Shown piece after piece: positions 27,498 through 40,300 of a DNA stretch of 64,000 nt. The stretch's first letter is position 1; each line of letters opens with the position of its first letter. Below the pieces are notes generated by a model. That model was given only the letters and a program-made list of their open reading frames with translations. It made no database searches and was not told the DNA's origin. The stretch is from Proteromonas lacertae (taxonomy: Eukaryota), in NCBI GenBank assembly GCA_002245135.1, contig NGBS01000021.1, forward strand, positions 62,001 to 126,000. The letters are read 5' to 3'. The translations under genes were made by a program, and so were the position numbers.

Positions 27498-30400
27498 ATG
27501 AAAATCTTCATTCCTTTGTTGATTACAGTTGGAATATGCTTATGTGTATGTCCAAACAACTGTAACAGTCATGGTAAATGTGAAAATGGTGTTTGCAAAT
27601 GTTACAAGAAGTCTGATGGTTCTGATAGTGACTATGTAGGTGCTGACTGTTCTAAAAGTATATATATTGTTGTAATTTTATTAAAATAGGAGGATGTGAT
27701 AGTGGTGATAGTTATAGTGCAATAACCACTACTTTTACTTATTCTACTAGAAGAGGAGATGAAACCAATCAAATACCAGATAGTCGAGTATTGGAAGGAA
27801 GAAACCTAGCTGGAAGTGAAAGTGAGTTTAAATTATTGAGTTTGTTAAGTTCAAGTGTTACTGATGATTCTAAAGTGTTTATTGTAAATACTGATATGAA
27901 ATTTACCTATTATGGTAATGACATTAATTTTAATACAGCTGTAGGAGGTAAATTGAACTGTTATGATGATAAGAATGTATTTAAAGGTTATAATGAACTG
28001 CTTGGTTATATTAGTGATACATCTTATTATATTCGAACAATAGATAATAGTAATTTGAATGGTTTAAAATGTGAAGTAATAATGGTTTATAATGATTTCT
28101 CATTAATTAATCCAACTGAAGTTGCTGATGATAATACTGTTACATGGAAGAATATGGCAAAAATATTCTCATATTTATTAGATATACCAGTAGATAAATC
28201 AATTAAAATGAAATGTAGTGAAAATGAGGCTATAGTTAATAAAGTTGAAACAAAAGATAATGATTTAGTCTTTACATTGGATGATACAACTAGTCCAAGT
28301 GGTGAATGTGTATTATTAACAAATAGAAAATTAGAAGCTGTAGAAGAAGATAAAAGTGATAAATCTAAAAGTGAAACAGTTGTAGAAAGTACAGTTATTA
28401 CGAACATAGCTGATATTAGTGTAGAGATACATCAGAAAATGTATACAGTAAAAAAGAGTCTTGTTAATTTAGATAAGGCTGATGGTTCAATTGGTAAATT
28501 AGACTGTTATATTCCTGGTAATAGAACAATACATAATGCATATTTATTAGGTAATGATGCTGATAATTATTATATTGTATATGATTTTAAGCCAGTAAAT
28601 GAAAAGAATGTAGCAAAGGTTGTACCATATTTGTATTATTGTAAATTAACTGAATATGTTGATTACTCTCTTTATTATCCAGTTAAACCACAATCAGATC
28701 AATCTATCGTTTGGAAAGGTTTGTTTAGTTTAATTAATGGTCTATTACCAACAGATGAGACTGAATATCAATTTGCATGTAGAAATAAAGATAATATTGT
28801 TAAATTATATTCTATATCCACTGCAACTCCACCAGATGTTACTTTTACAATTAGTGATACTGTAAAACCTGATGAAAATGATATATGTTATATTATTGCA
28901 GCTAAAGCAACTACACTTGTATCAATTGATATTACTGAAAGTGAATTATATAAAAAACATTTAACTATTACATGAACAAAAAAAGTCTTAATATTAAAAC
29001 CTGAAATTCCAAAAATTACTGCTGATGGTGTATATAAAATGGTAGGATTGAATGTTAATAGCGGTAAAACTGGAGGTATAATTGAATGTTTCAAAAGAGG
29101 AAGTGATGGTACAATTACTTCATTACAAGCTGATATATTATATAGGGATGGATATAATTATTATGTTAAAACTAAAGAGACATTAGAAAACAGTGAATGT
29201 AAGATGTCTTATTCACATAAAGATTTATCATTAATAAAACCTAGTACAACTGCAGAAAGTTCATTTGATGTTGTGTTTACTGGAATGAGCTATTATTTCC
29301 AACAGTATGGTTTTTTTAATTCTCCACAAACAGAATATACAATGTTATGCAATACAGATGGTGAAAAATTCAAAGAGTTCAAATACGTATTATCAGAACC
29401 AACTACACCAATTAAAATGCCAATTTATGATTCAACTACCAGTAATATAAAATTTTCATTAAAAGATGGAGAAACTGATAAACCTTCTGCAGGAAAGCAA
29501 TGTTATTTATTATCATCATTCGATGGTAAATATATATCTCCATCATCAAGTGATTTAACTAAACAATTTGCAATTACAGCAGGTGATAATGGTGAATATA
29601 CAATTACTAATCCAACAGTAACTGCAGATGAAGTTAAAACTGATTCTACTGTTTATACAGTTACTGGAGTTAAATATGATGATATAACTCAAGCAGGAGG
29701 AATATTAGAATGTTATAGTAAAGTGGGTAATGTTCCATTAGGTTTAGCAAGGATATATGGTTTTAAGGAGAATAATTATTACATTAAATATTATTTCACA
29801 ACAGCAGATCCTGAAGTAGCAAAATATAGTTGTAAAGTAATTGATAGTTATAAAGATTTGTCATTATACTTCCCTCCATTAGTATGTGATGGATCTAAAT
29901 GTGAATCTACTAATAAAGCATTAGTATCTAAAGTTACTACTGCTATTGGATTAGATTTATCCACTAAAACTGTTAATGCATTATGTTATACTACTGATGT
30001 TTATAAGTTATATTCAGGTTCATCTACAATGGGAGATAATGGATTACTTACAATTACATTTACAAGTGATCCAAAACCTGCTAATGGAGATAGTTGTTTT
30101 ATATTATCTGATTTTGTTGGAGGTAAAGTTGATGTATTAAAAAGTGATTTAACAAAGATATTTGATATTACTAAGAATGCTGATGATAGTTATAAATTAA
30201 CTAGAAAATCAACTTTGAAATATGCAACTGAATTATTAGATTCGAGTAATAATAAATTAGGTGTTTATGATTTAAAGAATTCTGATTATTCGATTGGTGA
30301 TGAATTATTCTGTTTAACTAATGATGATATTTCCTATCCAAATGCCTTAGTATTAAATACAAATGAAGGTAAGAATGGTTATTATTTAGATTATGAAACT

Positions 30401-32296
30401 GGAAAGAATTTATTTTACTTTAATTGTATGAAAATAAAGAAATATAATGATTTATCAATGTATGTAAAAGGAGGAGCTACAATTACATTGACTGGTAAAG
30501 CAAATGCATTATATTATATGGGTTATTTAAAAACATCAAATCCGTCATCAAACTTCATATGTAATGGAAATGATAGAAATGCACAAGTCACTCCATCTCC
30601 TTCATATACTCCATCTTCTGCTAATTCTAATGTTGTTTTTTCTATTACTGGTTATGCTGCAAATGAAGTATGTTATTTAATGTCAACATTTACAGGTGGT
30701 GAATTAAAAATTGAGTATAGTGATATGAAAGCTACAAACTATCTTCAAATAGAAACTAATCAATATAAATACTATGAAAATGCAGATGATAAACCAAATT
30801 ATAATCCAGGTCCAGAAGTAGTAGATGATAAAAACATGGATATAATTGGAAATATAGGAGAAATAGGTGGAAATTTACAATGTAAAAATAAGAAAGATGG
30901 AAAATATTTAGGAACAGCCACATTATTAGGAATAGATGAAAATGGTCAATATATAATGAAATATTATTTCGATATTCCAAAAGAAGAAGATACCAGTTAT
31001 AGTTGTGAAGTAAATGAGCCAATCAATGATTTATCATTAATAAAGAGTGATGAAGTAGTAGATGGTGATTGTCCAAATAAAGAAAATTGTATAATAAAAT
31101 TCAGTGGAATATATGAATTATTATTATCAAATAATTTCTACAAAAGTGAAAAACCATTAATGAGAGGATTAATAGATGAAGGTAAGACTTATAATGCAAG
31201 TTGTGTTAAAGAAGATACAGTATATATATATGAAGTAATAAGTGAAAATGATTTAAGTGGAGGAGATGAAGCAATCTTTAGTGTATCTAAGAATGATAAG
31301 AATACAAAATTACCAGTTAATATGAAATGTAGTTTATTAGCTAAAGTGACAGGTGAAAGTATTCCAATAGAAGAAAGTCAAATTGGTTCAAAATTGTACT
31401 ATAGAAATAATGAATTTAAAACAACCCCATGTGATGTTGAAAATGCAGATAATGGTGTATGTAATCCAGATAATGATGAAACTCAAATGAATGTAATAGG
31501 ATCATATGCAGATTGTATTAAGAATATTCTTGAAAAACAAAATATATTGATAATACCAACAGAAACAACTAATTCAACCATTTTTAGTAAATATTTAAAA
31601 GCTGGAAAATGGATTTCTATTGGAGATAATGAATATGTTCAAATAATAGAAATTGATACGGAAATAAAACCATATACATGTGAGATTACAGGTGGAAGAT
31701 TATTATCTCAATCAAGGATGTTATCTGTAACAGTTAATGGAGTAGCTGCAAAAATTAGTGAAGTACCTTCATCATTATCACCTTCATCTCCTTCACCTTC
31801 ATCATCAATTACAATCAATTTAAATCCTGATTTATCAGCAAATCCAAAATATGAACCACAAGTAGTAATAGAATGTTCTAACAATGGAAGATGTAATAGA
31901 GAAAGTGGATTATGTGAATGTTTTGATGGATTTACTGGTGATGCTTGTCAAAGATTAGATTGTCCAAATAATTGTAATGGAAATGGTCGATGTGTTCCTT
32001 TGAAAGAATTATTATCGAATGGAGAATTGAAAGATTATAAAGGATATGGAAATAAAGGTGTAGAAGTGAAGATGTATGGATGTTTATGTGATAAAAGACA
32101 TCGTGGATATGATTGTAGTTTGATTGAATGTCCATCTGATTTAGATCCTGAAGGAGCAACAAACAGTAATATAGATGGAAAAGATGAATATCGAGATTGT
32201 AGTGGAAGAGGTATTTGTAATTACAATACAGGAGTTTGTGAATGTTTTGATGGATTTAGTGGAGAAGGATGTCAAACTCAAGTTGAAATGATGTAA
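27498..32296 (+). CDS. Secreted EGF/tenascin-like (Sig/mastigoneme-type) protein with ~6 internal ~190-aa repeats; one in-frame TGA at 28973
   Basis: Signal peptide + CPNNCNSHGKC..GADCS. Internal repeats GGxLxCY..Y.I.Y..C.v...DLSL. C-terminal ECSNNGRC/CPNNCNGNG/ECPSDLDP/DCSGRGICNYNTG. Confidence 0.75.
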
Positions 32297-32440
32297 TATT
32301 GTTTTATTACTTTCATTTCATTCTTTATTATAGAAATTATATTAATTGATTAACTCTTATACTTTGTTAATCAATGAAAATTGTTTGTTTTTCACTTTAA
32401 TTACATAAAAACAAAATGAATAACTACATAATTGGTTTAG

Positions 32441-32857
32441 TTATGCAATTGTTACTGTTTCTCTTGTTGTTATTGCAGCAACTACTTCTGGAGAAGTGCA
32501 AATTCTTCCTACTTTCACATCACTCTCTTTCAATCCGTAGTGAACTACACAAGTCTTGCATGTTGCAATTTCAACACCTATAATAAGTAATATTCATTAA
32601 ATAATACCAAATTCAGCCATTTTCTTTAAACTGTCAATTATTTCAGCATCTTCAGAATAGGCTAATTTGGCAGCTGAATTGAGGAAAATTAACATTCCTG
32701 GTACTTTTTCAGTTTTTGATAAATTAGCTAAGAAGTTTTTCATCAATTTTCTGCCTAAATCTTCATCTCTTCCCATAAACTCACTCTCGAACAAGAATAC
32801 CTATATTACAATAAACTAATCACTTTAATAGGGTACTTTGTTTGTTACTGAAGGCAT
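32441..32857 (-). CDS. DsrE-fold protein resembling the C-terminal domain of bacterial selenium-metabolism YedF
   Basis: After removing introns 32801-32836 and 32578-32607: MPSVTNKVFLFESEFMGRDEDLGRKLMKNFL..LIFLNSAAKL..GVEIATCKTCVVHYGL..VGRIC (CxTC motif). Confidence 0.75.
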
Positions 32858-33021
32858 TGAAACGGAAATTAAAAATTAAAAAATCTCAAACTAGTCGTTA
32901 CAATAGTAATATTTCTTCATTGCTGCTTTATTTAATTGGTTCCTTTTATCATGTACTTGACTAAATGCAAAAAAAAATGAAAAGTAAATAATTATTTAAA
33001 TATTAATTCCAAATTAGCCAA

Positions 33022-33930
33022 TCAATCAAATTCTTCTTCAAGTTGTCTTTCTATTTCATCATATTCATTTATTAATTTATTTGTTGTATGAATATCTAAA
33101 ACTTAATAAAAATAAAAAATACTATTCTGTAGAAGAAATACAGAATTTAATGGATGTAAAGGTATTTGAGGAAAGAAATATTTCACTAGCAAATCTCCAA
33201 ATATCTAAAAATAATAAAATCAATGAATAGAAAAAGAAAAAATAATTCGACAACGATGAGATTCGAACTCACGCGGGAAAATCCCAATGACTTAGCAGGC
33301 CATCGCCTTAACCACTCGGCCACGTTGTCATAAAAGATTTAAAGAATTTTATATTCTTAAATCATACCTCATTTGTAAATTCAGTTTCTTTGTAAAGCAT
33401 TTCTAATTCAGAACTCAAATTCATTCCTTCTTCTCTACTAACTTCTCTTGTATTTGAAAATGATGTAGTTACATTATTGGCTATTAAAAAGTTGAAAGTA
33501 TGTCTGTTAATATTCACTATATTGAATAGTCTCTTTATTCCTTCAAATGATTTTCGTTTATTATCTATCAATGAATTATAAATCAATAGAATTATATACA
33601 ATCATAAATAAATATTATTCCAGCTGCATCAGAGGTAAACTGAGGTAAAAGTCTGTAATATTTTTCATCGGAAGGACAATCCCAATACTGAATTTTTATA
33701 ATAAAACCTGCATATGAATAATGTTTTGACTATACCAGCATAATAACATATAAACATACAAAATAATTTACACATGCTGGATACTGTTTATTAATTGAAT
33801 CAGGAGTTGCTCCTTCCTCTACACAACTAAAATAACAACACATACGTTTAATAAGTGTAGTTTTCCCTACACCACATGCTCCTATAACTGGTATTTTCAT
33901 TACAATGTGACTACTATCTTTTGCATCCAT
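33022..33930 (-). CDS. Divergent Rab-like small GTPase
   Basis: P-loop GACGVGKTT; G3 region IQYWDCPSDEKY; REVSREEG; 4 GT-AG introns; no C-terminal Cys. Confidence 0.7.
33248..33329 (-). tRNA. tRNA-Ser(GCT), inside intron 33205-33367 of the Rab-like gene
   Basis: GACAACG acceptor, TGGCCGAGTGGTTAAGGC D-arm, ATGGC-CT-GCT-AA-GTCAT anticodon arm, long variable arm, GTTCGAATC T-loop, T-run terminator. Confidence 0.95.
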
Positions 33931-34300
33931 TTATAAGGTTTAATTTCAATTTTTATTATCAAACTTGTTTGAGATTAATGAAACGTTTTTCTCAAATTCT
34001 CGATATGTAATCATTGAATTTGAATTCTTATATCTTTATTATAGCCAATATAGTAAAATAAACCAATATAAATAGTGTAATGGTGTAAAACTTAGTACTA
34101 GCCAAATTAGTGTTAGATGAAGTTTTGTGAGGAAATGAATGAATTTTTTTATTAGGTTCTGTATTTATTAGGAACAATTGATTTTATTATTTCTTCATCT
34201 TCTCAAGTAAAAGTGTTAGTTCTTTTTCTGCTTCGTTTCGCTGATACTTCACTTCACTATTACAGGCACATCTCAAAATAGTATTGTATGTATATAAGGC

Positions 34301-37300
34301 ATGTCTGAACCACTTGAAATTCAGTTCATACCACAGAATATTCTCTCATTTCACTATAATGTATTTCGTGTATGTTATTCTTTATAGATTGATAAGTTAT
34401 GGAATAAATCTATCCCTAAAACATCGCCAATAACATCCAATGTGGGAACTGCACAAATCAAAGAGGTTGATGAAATAATTAGAAATTTGATGAGAGTAAA
34501 AAGACAATCATCTCATCTATATTTCGATGATTATACACAAATAGAGAGCTTATTTGGTAATTCAATCGATTTTAAAAACGTTTCACATATATACAAAGAA
34601 TTATGTAAAAATCAAGAATCTAATAATAAAACAGCATTGAAATCTATTAAATGGAATGAAATAATATCTCGTTGTTTAAATGATAATTCATTATTTTCCT
34701 TACTAGTATGTATGAGATTGTTAATATCTCCATACGATGTAAATTATGAAAATGAAATAATGAATATTTCTGAAGCATTACTTCCTGTTTCATTTCCAAA
34801 TAAAATAAGTAATGAAATTAATAATAAAATTGTGTTATATCCAACTCCAGAGTATTTATTATATTATATTATTTATTTATTTATGTTAATAGACAATATC
34901 AGAAAGCAGCAGTTACATATGTTCCATCTCCAACATCACTTTCTATTGGTCCAACTAAAGATATATCCTACACTTTGTTATCTGGAAAACCAATCAAAAT
35001 AACCAATAGAAATACAAGCAATATCACAATAGAAAGTGAATTAAGTAACTATTCATCCACTTTTATACTAACCAATGTAGTATTAGAAGAAAGAGTCTAT
35101 TATTATGAATTTACAATAATTGATATTTCTAATAATTCTAATTCTAATAATGGTATAATGAATAGTAGAAGTATAAGTAGTTCAACATTACCAGAAGATG
35201 GTTTTTCATATGGATGGTTTAATACATCATCATTGTATTATTATTGTTGTATTTATGTTTATTTTTTATATAGAGTGGATGATAGTTATATTTTAGGTAG
35301 TGATATCAATAGTTTTGGATATATTTCAAGTCTAAATGCAATAATGTCCAATAATATATTAACTTACTGTGAGATGGATAATCATAACAGCAATAATAAT
35401 AATAATGAAAATATAAATATAGGAGATACATTTGGAACTTTGATTAATTTGCATACTAAAACAATTCGATTTGTTAAGAATGGCAATGAGATTAGCAGTA
35501 TTTATAATATTAATATTGAACCTTATAAATTCTTGCCATGTATTACTTTGTTTAAAAATACAAAAATATCAGTTGATTGGAATAATCGATCTTTTATTTC
35601 TACTGATATTTTAGATAGACAGATTTGTAGTATAAAAGAATCTATTACTCCTGTTTCTTTACAATTGTTAAGTGGTTATATTGAGTTTATTGCTTCAAGT
35701 ATATATTCATTTTTTATTTTCTATTAAATTAGAACCTCCAATTTATTCAAATTATGTAATTTCTTGTGATTTTTATGTTCCTTCTGATGCTGATATTTTC
35801 CAACCAATTGTTTTGCTTCAATGGTTATCTAATAATAATAATGTTAATATTATTTATATACAAAATAATGATCATATTGTTTATCAAAATGGTGAAAATA
35901 GTAAAGTGTTTGTTGATTTGAAGAATGTGTTTTGTATATCAACTTGGTATAATATATCGATTTGGTTTACTACAGATTCAATTGTCTTCTATGTATATAT
36001 TTATATTATCATTTATATAAATAGATTGATAGATGTTTTGTTGGTGTAATTCGAACAGCAATTCCATCCATTTCACTCAATAATACCATCAGAATTCATG
36101 GTTCTACTGTTCCTGAATTAATCACTTCCTACTGTAATTATATTATCAGTTCATTTACAATTACTGAGTTAATTATATCTCCTGTTCCATCATCAACAAC
36201 AGTTGAGAATTATCATCCAATTCATTCACTTTCTGCACCTGAAAATCTCTCTGGTGAATCAATAATAATGAATGAAACGACTAGTAATAACAACATAACC
36301 ACTATAAACAATAAAAACTATTGGAATTATGATTCAAATATATATTTTCAATGGTTTGCTGATTTAGGAAGTGGTGTTTATTTAATTGCTCATGATTCTA
36401 ATAATAAAACAATAAATGGAACAATAATGGGAGAATATCGATGGATTTATATTGTTAATGGCGATAATAAGAATATTAAACAATCATTCTATTCTCCTAT
36501 TTCTATTCCTCACTCTAATGAATCTTCATCTGTTATTCCTTCATCATCGTCATCTTCTTCTTCTTCTTGTAGTAGTAGTGGTAGTTCGAGTGATTATTCA
36601 TCAACTCCTGAAATGAAAGAAAGTGATAATGTTAAGAAAAATACTTCATCTACAACAACTCCATCTATGTTAAATGAAATTGATATTTGTGATTTAATCA
36701 CTTTAAGATTGTCAAATGTTTATGAATCGTATATTTGTTTATATTATTATTCTTATAATAGGTATTGTAATCTGTTGAATTATATAAAGAGAGAATATGG
36801 AAATGATACTGTTATTCCAATACCAAATAGTTGTGAAATGAAAGAAAAAGATCATTTTCAAATATATTTTTCATTTGTGTTTAGCTTATTATATAACAGA
36901 AATCAATGGATCGATAATAATTTACCAAATTCAATGGTTGTGAGAATGCTTGAAATGATGGAGTGTAACATTTATAATTTATGTATTTCATATTGTTTTT
37001 TATTCTATTCTTATTACTCATTTCTTTTATAGTGTCTCTGGATCAAGATATCATTTATTCTGCAATTGATCTTCTCTATTTAATTATGAATAATTACTTC
37101 AGATATCACAACGATTCAATTACTTTTAAAATCAATCAACACTTGTATAATAAAGCAATGTCTTTAGCTATATATTTAAATAAAGTATGTATTCTTTTAT
37201 TATTATAAAATAATGAATAGAATATAAATTCAGTTGATTATATATATAATATTTTATCTCATATTTCAAATCTAATTCATTTATCATTTACATCTTCTAC

Positions 37301-40300
37301 AGATAATATGAAAGGTTTAATTCCTCTTTTAGAAACAGTATTTATGAAGATAAAAAAGATAATCCCTTTAAATCAATGTATTTTATGGAAAACAAGTATA
37401 AAAACATATATTAATTATATATTATGAATAGATATAATAACAATAACACAATCAAGTAACAATACATCAAAACTCAATATTTTAAACTCATTTATACATT
37501 CATTCATTAAACTATTACTTATACTACACAATGAAGAAAGATTGTTTTATTTATATTGGAAATTACATCATCATATTCTAAATTTTCCCTCAGATTCATC
37601 AATCTATTTTTCATATATTAAACAAAACAATTGTTTAAAATATTTATTCCCTTCAGATATTCTTATGAATAACACTGTACCAGATCCAATAGTCGAGTTT
37701 GAAGACAATGATAAATATTCATTTGAAAGTAATTTTACAATTGCAAAAATGATTAAACCAAATGAAAAGTCAACTTTATTGTTAAAACAACATTTTCAAA
37801 GCAGTTTTGGCATTTACCAGGTTAATTTATCTATTAAATCAGTATTATTATTACACATTATACTACATTGAATAGCATAAAAGCCTTAATCCTCTTTTAA
37901 TTCAGATATACAAAGAAGATGATTTGAGTGAATGTGTTTGCTCATTATCATTGTCTGGTGATGTTTTGAACAAAAATAGATTTGAATGTGGTAAAATTAA
38001 AAATGTTGATGTATATTGTTAAATTATAATAATTCTATTTTATAGAACGATATTTCATTAAATATTGTGTATAACTCATATACAGGAGAATTGATATTAA
38101 CCAATAATACAACTAATGAAATAATAAGTGTGGCTAAACTCAATAACAGCAATTACAGAATTGGAATATACAACAATCACTTAGAATACGAGATCACTTT
38201 GGATTCAATAGAAATAGAACATAATAAGCAAGAAATCATGAAAGATGATAAACTATTCATTGAAAATATACCTCCTATGTATTTATATATTCAAAATTAA
38301 GTAAAATTTATGAGTCAGGCTGTCCGAGTGGTTAAGGAGTCAGACTTGAAATCTGATGGGCTCTGCCCGCGTAGGTTCGAATCCTGCGTCTGACGAATTT
38401 TTTCTTTTCTTTTTCTTTCTTTTTTATATCATTACTAATATCTATTTTTTAGATTAGTAATTTTATATACATCATTTGGAAAAGTAATCGAAGAGAATGA
38501 TATTCCTGAAGATAAGTATTTCTTTTTATTATTCAATTTAATAGGTTCTACTCATTCATTAGTTTATTTGGACCATATTTATCACTACTAACCATTTATA
38601 CACCAATTCATAACGATCCATCTCCCAATTATTACAATGCTACAATAAGTATATTACAGAAAACCAAACAATGGTTAATCAAATATCCAAAATATATTAA
38701 TGAGATTAAAAGTATCGTATCATCAGTACAGATTATATTAGCAAACTTAATGGTTTATTACTTAAATACTCCTATTGAAATTGTATAATAAATCTACTAT
38801 ATTAATTTAGAATAACAATTATCAAGATATAATACCATTATTCTATGGAGGTATGAAGAAAAAGAATATTAATGCAAATGACAGTTCTAATGAGATATCA
38901 AGTGAAATATTCAACTTATTTATATCAAATTATATAATTTATGATAATAACTACAGAATAACCTCACAAGTAATCAACAAAGAATTAAAAGAATTGACAA
39001 TTTTATTATTCAAACACATTTTACGATATTCAAATATTCATTTAGATGAATTATCACTTGTAAATGAGAAAACAACAACTGCAATAATGAAATGTTTAGG
39101 TAATTTCAGAATATGGTATTTATCTAAACCAAATGAAGATAGAATTCGCATAACAGATTATATGATATATATATTATCATTTATCAATGAAAATATTGAT
39201 GTTTATAAAGAAAATAGTGTTAATGAAGATTATGTAAAGTCAGTATGTAATATTACATTGAAAATGATACAGAATGAGATGAATAGTGATGAAATATTGA
39301 ATTATATACAAATTAATGAAGAATATTCTAAACTGTATTTATTATTATTTTAGTAATCTATTTAATAGAAGAAAGAACGTTTTGAATGATTTATATAGAA
39401 TCACTACTGATCGTGAGTTACAATTAACAAATTCATTTTATATATCTCTATTTAAGTATTTATATTATTTTTATGATTATTAGAAATACATATTCACTGT
39501 TTAATAACAAATACATCATTAATAAAGAGAATCAAACACAATTGAACAAAATCATTATCAATTATATAGAATACATAACAAATCAATTGCAGATAGCATT
39601 ATATTCATCACTAGATAATATAAATTATAATATTATATTACCTTTTAAACACATATTCACAAATCAATTCAGTGATTATATAATTCAATCCAATACAGTG
39701 TCTATATTAGTGGATATAACTCAAAAGACTAATAATAGCGTTGTTAATGAAGTTTTATTTTCATTTGATCAATGGGTTACACTGTATATTGATCAAAATG
39801 ATAATAGCTTGGATTCTGGTTTGAATGAGATATGTAAAAGAAGGTGTTTGTATATTTGTGGTTATTTACTATTCACTGTATATCTTATGTTTATAGTTAT
39901 TAGGATAATATTGAAGTAAATACATTAGAAAATATGTTATATTCTTTATATAAGTACAGTCAAAAACCTTTAACTTGAACAGCTTGAATAGCGAAAAAAT
40001 AACCAAAAATACCCCCATATTCAAGTTATGGTTTTATATATTAGAGGTGTTTGTTGGGGTTTTGAAATAGATAAGACGTTGTTATAAAACATCTATATAT
40101 CTATAGTCTTTTTATTTTCGCTATATATTTACATTACTATCTTATTTTGTTATTGTTTGATATATTATAAGTTATTATATATTAAAATCTTTATATACTG
40201 CTTCATGAATTGTATGTAGTGACTAGAGCATTTTAATTGTTGAATACTATTTAATTTGAGAAAAGAGTGGAAATTTCCTAATATTTGTTATGAATTAAGT

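Noticed and set aside
33978..34050. Tiny spliced ORF MKRFFSNSRY|PI upstream of the HECT gene
   Set aside because: Only 12 codons; intron-like sequence is common by chance in this composition.
38314..38395. tRNA with TGA anticodon as stop suppressor or tRNA-Sec
   Set aside because: Anticodon UGA decodes UCA (Ser); Sec or opal suppression needs anticodon UCA.
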